The notes under the pieces were generated by a model. It had not been told where the DNA came from and did not search any database. It saw nothing but the letters and a program-made list of their open reading frames with translations. DNA of 64,000 nt from contig NMRA01000079.1 of assembly GCA_002633005.1 (NCBI GenBank), positions 742,077 through 806,076 on the forward strand, read 5' to 3'. The translations under genes and the position numbers were made by a program. The DNA comes from Phoronis australis (Eukaryota > Animalia > Phoronida). This document shows, piece by piece, positions 52,287 to 64,000 of the stretch. Within the stretch, counting starts at the first letter, position 1; each line of letters begins with the position of its first letter.

Positions 52287-53091
52287 NNNNNNNNNNNNNN
52301 NNNNNNNNNNNNNNNNNNNNNNNNNNNNNNNNNNNNNNNNNNNNNNNNNNNNNNNNNNNNNNNNNNNNNNNNNNNNNNNNNNNNNNNNNNNNNNNNNNNN
52401 NNNNNNNNNNNNNNNNNNNNNNNNNNNNNNNNNNNNNNNNNNNNNNNNNNNNNNNNNNNNNNNNNNNNNNNNNNNNNNNNNNNNNNNNNNNNNNNNNNNN
52501 NNNNNNNNNNNNNNNNNNNNNNNNNNNNNNNNNNNNNNNNNNNNNNNNNNNNNNNNNNNNNNNNNNNNNNNNNNNNNNNNNNNNNNNNNNNNNNNNNNNN
52601 NNNNNNNNNNNNNNNNNNNNNNNNNNNNNNNNNNNNNNNNNNNNNNNNNNNNNNNNNNNNNNNNNNNNNNNNNNNNNNNNNNNNNNNNNNNNNNNNNNNN
52701 NNNNNNNNNNNNNNNNNNNNNNNNNNNNNNNNNNNNNNNNNNNNNNNNNNNNNNNNNNNNNNNNNNNNNNNNNNNNNNNNNNNNNNNNNNNNNNNNNNNN
52801 NNNNNNNNNNNNNNNNNNNNNNNNNNNNNNNNNNNNNNNNNNNNNNNNNNNNNNNNNNNNNNNNNNNNNNNNNNNNNNNNNNNNNNNNNNNNNNNNNNNN
52901 NNNNNNNNNNNNNNNNNNNNNNNNNNNNNNNNNNNNNNNNNNNNNNNNNNNNNNNNNNNNNNNNNNNNNNNNNNNNNNNNNNNNNNNNNNNNNNNNNNNN
53001 NNNNNNNNNNNNNNNNNNNNNNNNNNNNNNNNNNNNNNNNNNNNNNNNNNNNNNNNNNNNNNNNNNNNNNNNNNNNNNNNNNNNNNNNNNN
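52287..53091. other. Assembly gap
   Basis: Run of N. Confidence 1.
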
Positions 53092-53092
53092 T

Positions 53093-53570
53093 GTAGAGGC
53101 GTACAAGCTCATTGACACAGCAGTTGACGAAGTGAAAGTGTTGGGAACAAACGTCGAAGATGTCTGGGTAGAATGGTTCCAAGAGGAGCAAACCATTGGA
53201 TCCGATATACAGATTCCTCGGCAGGTCTAGACAACAGAAAGATAGGACCAACGTTCCTGGAGAAACACCCAGGTAATAAGTTGTAATTCTACATAATAAT
53301 GTTGGTTTTTTATGATGTGTACAAGGAAAACGGAATAGAAATTATTTTTGGACATGCCAAATTTACCCAGTACAGCAGAGGGTCTACGAGCGCACAGAAA
53401 CTTATTCTGATTTGTATTTCCACTTGAGTCTATCTGCTTCATATCCAAAATCTATTTCACGTATTGTGTAGTTAAAACTCAGTGTACTCACTTGTTTTTT
53501 CCAGTGAGTACTACAGAACGGTGCGAAAACCGTTCCTAGACAACCTCTCGCAGCAGTTGACCACCAGATG
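53093..53570 (+). pseudogene. Degenerate hAT transposase fragment (P52rIPK/ZMYM1-like) with an intron at 53273-53504
   Basis: VEAYKLIDTAVDEVKVLGTNVEDVWVEWFQEEQTIGSDIQIPRQV, frameshift, RQQKDRTNVPGETPS|EYYRTVRKPFLDNLSQQLTTR. Resembles the hAT 'PR...RQ..R.NVP..TP.EYYR......PFLD.L..QL..RF' segment. AG|gtaat ... ttttttccag| splice keeps the frame. Confidence 0.75.
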
Positions 53571-56545
53571 TGTAAACTACACGTATGAGCAACCACTGGG
53601 GATTAAAAAGTGTGTAGAGAGAAGTTTTCAATTCAAAGTTTTTTGTAAAGTATGCTTTAGGTTTCGCAACGGACCAGGCCAGCTTCATTTGTGTATATGT
53701 CGAGTTTCAGTGTACTTCTGGTCCCTCGGCGAACTAACTAGTCTTGTGATGTTTTTTACCAAAGTGTGCTTTGTAAAACTATTTATCTCAGCCAGTACTG
53801 TTTGGTCCCGCGACAGATCGACTATTTTTATAGAGATAATAAGCATAGGTGTACTTTTGGTCTTGTGACGGTCCAGGCCAGAGTTTTTGTGTACTCTGCG
53901 AACTGCTGCTTTATATCTTTTCACCACTATGTACAGAATGTTTTGGTTTAGCGAAACTGTTTTCAGATGATTTGTTTCCTGATACATTTGACGTTTTCCA
54001 ATTGTTGTCAACGTGATTCAGCGTAATAAAGTGATACTTAATTATTTATTTTCGCTTTTAATAATAGACTATGAGCTGAGAGCACCATCGTTCGCCAGTT
54101 TTTCTCGTAACGAGACAGAACACATGTTTATTTCCGAACTAACTGTACAGGTCTTCGTTCTTAAACAGCTTGAGGCTGTTGCGATCATCTGATATTCAAG
54201 TTTTTACGCCCCGTCGGTGCTCCTTATGCTCTTCAATGTTTGGTAGTTGTCTAAGCCCCTGTATACACGCCACACTTTTTCGTATGCTAAAAAGGTGTGG
54301 GTAAACAGATGTTCCAACAAAAATTTTTGCTGGTGGTGTGACTCATACCCAGATGAGGACAAATATGGTTTCACGAAACTTATGAGCCAAGTTCATGTGA
54401 CGAAATCGAGAAGGGTTTTTAATTAACTTAAGAAAATCTCCTGGGACATGTTAAGTGCCAGAAACGTACCAGGATGCATGGAAATTTCACTGTTTGGCTA
54501 CAAAAACAAAAAGTTGTCTTACACAACAACTCCCCCCCGACCTCCCCCCGCCCTCGCGGATTTGACCTTTGCGGAAATCCTAACCCCCCCTTACTGAAAA
54601 CGTAGATCCGCCACTGAACCATAACATCCAATCTGTGACATAGGGTGTCGTTAGTTGATTCCTAATTTTATCTTTCAAAATTGACGCTAATGACTGCATC
54701 AGTACGTGACAGAACGATGATTGGTTTATACAGTATCACCAAGACAAAGTTTAGCATCCTTTTAAGTCACCCAACCACGGTAATATTGATTAGAGTATTA
54801 GGCTATGTTGGATTGTGAAATTTCCAGCCTCCAAAATTTTTCCATGAAATTTCTTATTTTTCAAATCATGCTTGTCGAATTCTAATGTAAGGAAACACCT
54901 GGTCGCCATAGTAATAGTTATATATAATAATATCCACTTTCATATCGTGTAAATTTGTTTTGTTATTGGATAACGTTTGTAATGCTTAAATGTTCTAAAG
55001 TACTGTGCATTCTAAGTTACTTATTTTGGTAAAAGATTAGGTCATTTTGGCCCACATATAAACTTTACTGTACTGAGTTTATTTCAGTTGTAACTTATGT
55101 ACGGTAGCGGTAACAAACAACTACCTTGAAGTCTTTCAATGTACATGTAGAATCCAAATATATAATCCCGACTGAAAGCATTGGATTTTAATTTGATCTG
55201 TGAATTAAATCATGATCGTCCTCTGATTTCTCTTTGATATCTATGACTCAGTGACCACAGCATAATAGAATTAACTTGCCGTAATGAGCGGCTGAAATAA
55301 TATGTTCACTGGCATCTTCAGGTAATATTTCTTGATGCCTTGGGTTTATTATTATTTCAATAGATTAATACATGAATTTAAAAAAAAAACAAATCCAGAA
55401 GACTGGCATTTCAAGTGTTCTTGTAATTTTTTCATTGAGATTGCCACCTCCACTCAAATTTCAATTATATACGAGGTTAAATTAAATGGTGACACCCTTT
55501 TTACTCACTGCTGAAAATGAAAAAAAAATGAAAACTGCAATATTTTGTATTAGGCTTGATTAGCTGTGATACACATCTCCTTGGCGAAAAACAATTTAGT
55601 TATGCCAACAAATGGAGTTGAAAGGAATTATTATATGAAGCAAGCAAAATTTTGGAGGGTTGACTGCTTGTAGCTGTCTTTTATTTCTGGTCTGACATCT
55701 GTAACCACATATGCCTGTTCTCAGAATTGAAGTCGGATAAGGTCATTACTGCTGGGCTTTTCTCATTGACCAAGCTGTGCAGACAAGAACTGCCCTGTGC
55801 AAGAATCACACAGTGATATTATTTGTTTTGAAAAGCAGTTGTTTTGCTGTGAAACTATGTCTTTAAATAAACCACCTGATGCTATTGAAACAAAAAGTGA
55901 TCGAAATTGTGTTTACCTTCAAAACTCCTGTACACAATATGTCGCCTAGATGAAAATGAAGTCCAAAAATGTTTTTCTTTATTGCCATGGCCTCAGTGGA
56001 GGAAGCAAGTCAGTGGAATGTTTCCTCTTTTTGCGTCGTCAAGAAGGAACTGCCCTTCATTACGGCGATTTCCCGTTGCTCCCAACTTGTTCGATTCTGT
56101 AGCCCAATAACAAGTTGGGAAGTTCACCCCTGTAGCCAATATCTTACACGACTGGTTAACTCCACTCTGGCTTTCATGGTTGGAGGGCCAGCTCTCTTTT
56201 GTTCGATAATTGCTCTAATCTTCAATAAGATCGTATCTATAGCCTGACTGGGCTGTGCTGATCAAAATAAAAGTTAAGTTACAACATACATGTATTTGAA
56301 CATAAACTAATAGGATTTCTGAAATCGTCGTCAAATGGTGATCATGTTTAGTTTTTGAATCGCCAAAGTTGCCCAACTGCAACTGAAGTTACGATAATCT
56401 ATTCTTTTGGAAGGTATCAATTCACTGACCAGGCCCCGTCGTAGCCAAGGGTGGGGGGGGGTGGGATTCGGGGATTTCGACTGAACCCCTTCCCCCCGCG
56501 GAAAAGGTCCAGCCCAAGCCTATCCGTTAGAGATAGGATATAGAT

Positions 56546-56546
56546 G

Positions 56547-56586
<40 letters not shown>
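56546..56586. repeat. (CAA)n microsatellite
   Basis: About 13 aac/caa units. Confidence 0.95.
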
Positions 56587-56752
56587 TTGTTGCAGCTACT
56601 GGTACTACTTACTAAAAGAATTTGCTTCTGATTCAAGGCGCTTCGCGTAATCATCGGGCCCTACCCGGCCCCAGGGCCCAACTTCGTCCGAGTGGTGTTT
56701 GCGCATGTCATTCATTGGAACTGAGCAAGCGTGGTTGCTACACCATTATCGT

Positions 56753-57130
56753 CGATATCGTAGGCCAGATGGCTGAACGTTACACCCCAAATTACGTGCG
56801 TAAGTCAATTCTAAGAAGAGTAAAGTATTACGACTTAAAGAAATCATTTACAGCGTAAAGTAATTATTTGCGGGGTAAAGTCATTATGACGTAAAGCAAT
56901 TATTACAACACGGCGTAAAGTTAGTATTTGCGGCAATTAAAGTTACTTTACGCCGTACAAAGTTTCTTTACGCCGCAAGTAATTACTTTACGCCGCAAAT
57001 AATTATTTCACGCTGCAAATACATGTAGTTACTGTACACCACAAATAACTCCATTAATTACGCGTCTAACAAGAATTATCCGACGCACGTAAATTAACGG
57101 CTTAACTTTCACCCATTTGGCCAACGATAG
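56753..57130. mobile_element. Foldback MITE with internal ~20-bp inverted/tandem subrepeats
   Basis: tatcgtaggccagatggctgaa / ttcacccatttggccaacgata ends; repeats of gcgtaaagtaattatttgcgg and tttacgccgcaaataattat in opposite orientations. Confidence 0.6.
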
Positions 57131-57684
57131 GGTAACAAGGGAGTCTAGAAGTAAATGTCTATAACTAGCAGCAAAATAGCTCTCAAAAAGTTGTGTGGCG
57201 TGAATATCTTAAAATCGACCAAGAAACAAAACAGCAGAAACTATGATTGTTATCTGCTATTTTGGTATTCTTGCTAGCTTAGTATGGTGAGGTGCAGGCA
57301 TTTCAAATTTCGAATTGAAGGTGATCGTCAAATGATTGTTGTTCATCCAATGTCCACTTTGATTGTGGATTGGTGGATTGACATGCATGCGCGTATACAC
57401 GTGTGTGCGTTTCCATTCTTTTAAATCCCTTACATGCCGACGGCAAGTTCACTATAGGCAGTCCCCTGTCGTTGCTCAAACAAAAAATCAGACATTTGAC
57501 TACGTGTGTTCTTGCACTGAGGAAACGAGCATGTTCACTAGGGAAAAACAGGTCTACACCTAATAAATCTTTGGTCAATGAAGAAAGTGGTCCCTTGTCA
57601 ATCAGTGGCAATGGTGCACAGCCTGACAGACTTCATACGAGCAACAAAGTTGATGGAAGATAAAAGATTTATAAAGTTACGTGT

Positions 57685-57758
57685 CACTATTCCGAAGGTT
57701 CTCTACTCCGAAGGTCCACTACTCTGAAGTTTCACTACTCCGAAGGTTCATTACTCGG
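57685..57758. repeat. 16-bp tandem repeat (cactactccgaaggtt), ~4.5 copies
   Basis: Direct repeats; one inverted unit (cggagtagtgaacct) at ~60209. Confidence 0.75.
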
Positions 57759-57839
57759 ACTGTCTGCTATTGAGTCGGAACTGACATGAAACAAATATTG
57801 TATTTGTGTCCATTTAGTGATCAATTAAAGATTCGTGGT

Positions 57840-58977
<1,138 letters not shown>

Positions 58978-59376
58978 TTAAAGGGTTGAATAGTTCTTAA
59001 AACATTGATCACATTGATTACAAATGAGCTCAGTTCCAATCGCTGTCAAACGTGATTCGTGAACCTAACCTGCGACTCATTGTCAAGAAGGGAGAACATC
59101 TGAGGCACGGGTCTGAGTTGCGGCGACCAACGGCGGTTTTAAATTTACGAAGACTGGTTGGGACTCTCTGACTTTGTGAAGACTGACACGGTCAAGATAA
59201 CCTCCTAACTGTATATTTAGTTTCGACCGGCCGTGAACGCGGTTCAGTCGGGTGACATAATAATTTACCAATATCCCTACTTCGTATTCTTTTAAAAGGA
59301 TTGCCCTGTGATGATTTCCACAAATCCTCGTTCTGTCACATGCTAATGAATCACTGAGGTCAATCTTCCAAATTAA

Positions 59377-60032
59377 AAGTATACCAAACCCGGTTTTGTC
59401 CTATTAAAAGATACTATAAAAGCGACTTCCCCATCCAGTTCTCTAAAACAAAATAATTCTCTGAAACGACTCGACAACCCTCTAAAGTTTTGTGCGGGAA
59501 AATTAGAAAACTCCTTGCAAATTCTGCTAAAGAGGCAAGCCTGACCTACGCTTTTAGCGAGTTACACGGCATCTGTGAGAAAAGACTATCCACCAAGGAC
59601 CATAATGTCCAATTCGTGAGGTAGTGGGTATCAATTCTAAGTTGATTCCTGCTTAATCATTCAAGATTGACGCCAATGATGCATCAGCAAGTGATAGAAC
59701 GGAGATTAGTTGAAATCATCAAATAGGGGTTAGAATCCTTTTTAAGGAAGGAATTAATTGAAAATTCATACACCTCATGTCACAGTTTGGACAATATACA
59801 TGTAGTCCTTGGTGGGTGGACTTTTCCCACAGTTGCCGAGTACATGTAAGTCGCTAAAAGCGTAGGTCGCTCTTGACTTCCGTTTAGCAAACTTTGAAAG
59901 GAGTTTTCATAATTTTCAGCAAACTTTTGAGGGTTTAAGGGTTGTCCATGGTATTGTTTTGTTTCAAAGAACTGGATGGGAAAGTCATTTTTAGAATCTG
60001 TCAATAAGCCAAATCCGGGTTCTGCCATCCTT
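59377..60032. mobile_element. MITE with long degenerate inverted arms, possibly Kolobok-like (ttaa flank, RR start)
   Basis: aagtataccaaacccgg ... ccgggttctgccatcctt; inner arms gacttccccatccagttct / agaactggatgggaaagtc. A second, interrupted copy is at ~52010-52182 plus 54617-54770. Confidence 0.55.
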
Positions 60033-61196
60033 TGAAAAACGCAAGAGACACTTAGTTTTTCGTATTCTCAAGACATGCATCAATTATAGTACCCGAACGT
60101 TGTTTTCGATATATTACACCACTCAGTGCATCTAATAACCGAAGTATCGTTTACTTTTGCGTGCAAAAGTATAAAAATTAAGCCTGTGTTCGAAGTTTAA
60201 GATATTTTCGGAGTAGTGAACCTTGAGAATTAAGGGCTGTTCCCTTTTCCAGCGATGTAAGTAACAAGCAAAAATACAACCAGATAAAAATTTCACATGA
60301 CAGCGTTTTCCGTTCAGTGACTTAACCAGACGTGGGGGTGGTGAGCGTGTGATAAAATCTAGCTTGTTTGTTAACTGCCAAGCACGATCTTTTGTCCGTT
60401 ATTACAACAGGCAGGCAAATTATCTACCAGGCTTATTATAGACCACGTGTGATCACAGTCAAACTCATAGGGAATTGGTGTATTCGGAAAGAATAGATTG
60501 TCGTAACTTTGGTGGAAGTTGGGCGATTTTGGCGATTCAAAAACTTAGCATGATCACCATTTGAGGAAGATTTCAGAAATGCTATTGGTTTATTTTCAAA
60601 TATGTTATAACTTAACTTTTATTTTTAACAGCACAGCCCAGTCAGTTCTGCTGACTAAATTGTAGTCAGAGTCATGGTATGTGTAAATTATAACTCCATG
60701 TCCCAATATGTATGGTTCATTTGATTTTATTTGCTGTATTTTGAAAAGCGTAACTTTTCATGGGATGTACAATTGCCCCTGTATGCCTGCAGCATCCAGG
60801 GCGATGCAATTGCCTGAGTGCGCACATTGAAGGTGATACACATTCCACATTCTGAAACCGCCACTTGCAAAAAATGCAAGGGGTGCCAACACTGTGAGTA
60901 GCAGTTCTTAATGCCACTGCATTGGGCCAGTCGAGATGGTGGTGGTACTGTCTAAGGTCTACGAGTACCACTTGATCAGTAGAGTGAAACTGAAACTGAG
61001 AAACATAACAGGTAAGGTTCAGGAAATCTTCAGGTGTATGTGGTCTATACTATGTACCACCACCTCCATGTACTCTCCCCTCGCCCCAACTTGTAGTGTT
61101 ACGGAAGGCAGTAGTGCCCAACCAAGTAATAAATCCTAATTGAAGGCAGTTCTATCATGTCTGACTGCCTATTTTTTCTGACTCAGAATAACCCCC

Positions 61197-61913
61197 CACA
61201 GGCGTCCTCAGCTTTTGCTCGTCCCCAATACACTATACATGTATAATATACTACAAGGTAAGACACTCCGGACTAGAGATTCCACAGGTGCTTAACTTCA
61301 GCCGTCCATAGCAAACACAAAACTCAATAAATTTTCAAGAAACAAAAGTTCTACAAACCATGAGGAATTGTTCTTTCTCTCAATACCATTTACGGTGTCC
61401 AGCTCTACCGAGTTCGCAACAAATTCGCAGTCAAACACAAAAATCTTCCTAAAAAGTTGCTGCACACCAGCAATACATGTATGCTACACAGAAATTTCCG
61501 GTGTGTCACGGAAGGTCCCGACATCAATAACTCCACTTAGCCAGAACATTTCGTAACCTTCCATGGTGAACCGGCAATTGCCGGCGATTCGTAACTCATC
61601 GGATTATTCCGTAACCTACTTGACCATGACCGTGTGAAGCATATTGCTAGCGTGCAGCACTTTTTTGAGAATATTTTTGTGCTTTGACCGTGAATTTGTT
61701 GCGAACTCGGTGGAGCAGGACACTTGGTATTGGCAGAAAGAACAATTCCCCATGGTTTGTTGAACCCCTGTTTAGTGTAAATTTATAGAGTTTTGTGTTT
61801 GCTATGGACGGCTGAAGTGAAGCACCCATATGGAATTTCTAGTCCGGAGTGTCATACCTTGTAGTACACATAGTGTGTATGTTGGGGACGATCAGAAGCT
61901 GAGGATGTCTTTG
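61197..61913. mobile_element. Foldback element with ~280-300 bp inverted arms
   Basis: Arms pair throughout: gacactccggactaga/tctagtccggagtgtc, cttcagccgtccatagcaaacacaaaactc/gagttttgtgtttgctatggacggctgaag, accgagttcgcaacaaatt/aatttgttgcgaactcggt. Confidence 0.85.
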
Positions 61914-62837
61914 CCCCCCCCGTGGTTTTGCTCCAGCCACCACTCACTTTGAGCTTTGCTCCAATGTTTCTTGTGTCCAGACGCCGGTCTCGTCTCTTGA
62001 GGGTATACCGAACCACCAGCAAATGTTTGACAAACTTCTTCAGGAGATGCCAACGAGCACAACGCGACAAATACTCTCAAACCCAGCAGACTGCAAAACA
62101 TCTTGACCGAGCCGAACATAACACGTTCAAGGGTAGCATCAACAGAGGCCACATTTAAAATTATATACATTTCTATCAAAATTGCTTAAGAATTAGCAAT
62201 CTGGAATGACCATGATCTTATAAAACTTGGTCAAATTGAGCAATATTACTTTGCATATTGTTTTGCAGTGAAATATACCTCGCTTACAGTTGCAACGATA
62301 GATTAACGCAAAGCTTTGTATCGACAACATTAGATGTACAGTATACCTGAGATTGTAAATTTTCAACTATATAGTAATTGTTGCACATTTTTGCTTTTCA
62401 TCTTTTATCGAGATCAGAGAGTTAGAAATCTGCATTGAACTCAATGGAAATTTTCAATTTGACATTCAGTAAAATAAAGGACTTTCATGAAACCAAACTG
62501 AATTAATTTGGCAGTGCAATATTGATACAGTTGTGAACAGAGTTTACATAATTCTTGTTCTTACATCTTTCATTCTAATTGATAATGGGTTTAAGATGCC
62601 AACAATTTACAAAAAAGAAGAAATTGTGCCGGTGCATCTCTTGCATTCCTGTTATGTACCAATAACCAAATTTTCTTCCCTTAAAACAAGTTCCACAAGT
62701 AGCAATGAACAAATGTCTACCAAGAATTCACCTGGACAGGCATTGGTTGACCAATGGCCTATAAGATTAGTTAAATTCAAATTTTATGTTGAAAGTTTCA
62801 TGTGGAAGGCATTTTCATTTGTTTGTTTGTTTGGCAG

Positions 62838-62897
62838 TTAAAAATGGCCATTGAACCTTCCAAGGAGAGTAGCCAAATGGACAACGACATTTCTAAG
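62838..62897 (+). CDS. Candidate coding exon of an unidentified downstream gene (MAIEPSKESSQMDNDISK)
   Basis: gtttgtttggcag acceptor, aaaATGG at 62844, AAG|gtaaat donor; 60 nt, open in phase 0. No recognisable homology. Confidence 0.35.
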
Positions 62898-64000
62898 GTA
62901 AATATTTCTCTTTTATGCACCTGTTTGGTTACTGGTGTCATTTGTTAGATACAATTACGTGAAGCGTTTTTATAACTGTACTCTTGTGGTACATGTTAAT
63001 AAAACAAAGTACGAGACGCAAAATGGGCTAATTAACATAACCCGTGCGTATACTCCTTTTCTCTGCCTTTTTATCTAATGAAAACTAAAATGTGTGTTGT
63101 AAGCATGCCTCAATTTCTTCTAAAATTAAAGTAGTATACGCTGTGTGCTCCTGACTATTGACTTTTTGTTTGATTCTGTTCTGCCCCCGTGGCAACGAGT
63201 TTATATTCTGAACAGGGAGCCAATGACAGTGTTAGTAGTGGTTAGTTGACCAAGATTAGAAATTAAGATAATTTCAATATTTTTACCATGTTATTTACCT
63301 TTAAATTGATGTGAAACTTGTTAAAAATAAACAATTATCAAATGTATCTCAAGTTGGAGTTTTGGCTTATTACAAACTGTTGTCTTACATGTTTCTTTCT
63401 ATTTTGTTTTTTCTGTTGAACAATCGAGTAACACAGACCATGGTGAATTTAATGCTTTAAGACACTAGCTAGGTGTTCAATGTATATTGGAATTAACTGG
63501 ATATAGAAATTTTCTGTAGCATTAAGCAAGAGTGGGTTGTTTATTTCCAAAATGATGAATTGTTGTGCTTCAAGCAGTATATTTTCAAGTTTGGTTTTAT
63601 CCAAATTTAGTTCTGTGCAAAGCCAGTCACAAAAAGTGGCTTTCGTATGAAATATGCACTACCCAACATCAGGTTTTTTCAATCACTGCACCCTAAGTCG
63701 TATAATATTCATTAGCCTAACCTTTGCATGAAAGGGTTGAGGGAACAACAAACTGGCATTTCTCCACAAGTACAAAAGGGCTCCTCTAGTGAAAACACAA
63801 AATGGCCTCGAAGTCAAAAGATCACCAAGTTGTCTTAACGACAAGTTTTAAGACATTGCACAAATTAGTGCAAGAGCAAATGTGCAATTGTGAAACATAC
63901 ATCTATGGACTCAGTGATGAGGAATTTGTGTCAGATTATCTGTGTTTTTTGTTTGTTGCTTGTTAGATGTAGACGTCTAAGCAGTTCGTAAGGGCATATT

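Larger units (their letters stand above)
52183..54616 (+). mobile_element. hAT-like transposon with transposase relic, 16-bp perfect TIR, 5-bp TSD aacca
   Basis: cagtggcggatctacg / cgtagatccgccactg; TSD aacca at 52178-52182 and 54617-54621. It is inserted into a repeat whose empty copy lies at ~59430-59750. Confidence 0.85.

Noticed and set aside
52183-54616. Transib/RAG-like transposon (also 5-bp TSD)
   Set aside because: Termini are CAGTGG rather than RSS-like CAC(A/T)(A/G)TG, and the encoded peptide resembles hAT, not RAG1.
55900-56250. Possible coding relic
   Set aside because: Stops occur in the frames tried and I recognise no protein family.

Overview
This is AT-rich, intron-containing animal (invertebrate-like) genomic DNA from a draft scaffold with three N-gaps; it is not prokaryotic. 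Four protein-coding genes can be read directly. (1) The 5' part of a futsch/MAP1-family gene (- strand): 4 exons at 30216-30090, 9651-9553, 3304-3149 and 49-1, a ~20.4 kb first intron, continuing off the left edge. (2) A FEM1B orthologue with an uninterrupted CDS (+, 33971-35845), head-to-head with futsch. (3) A complete 6-exon NUDT17 (-, 45019-37366), tail-to-tail with FEM1B. (4) An intronless brainiac-like GT31 glycosyltransferase (+, 50769-51866). A possible first coding exon of a fifth gene lies at ~62.84 kb. The rest is rich in mobile-element remnants: MITE/foldback elements, tRNA-derived SINE heads, a 5'-truncated LINE and minisatellites. Four observations stand out. Five hAT-like elements share CA(G)-starting TIRs and 5-bp rather than 8-bp target duplications; two have an empty-site paralogue in the window and one carries an intron-containing transposase relic. 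A perfect DR4 element (AGGTCA-N4-AGGTCA) lies 31 bp upstream of the futsch ATG. The futsch/FEM1B interval looks like a compact bidirectional promoter. FEM1B has Glu at the position of the zinc-ligand His185. I found no convincing wholly new biological system; these are candidates that need checking.
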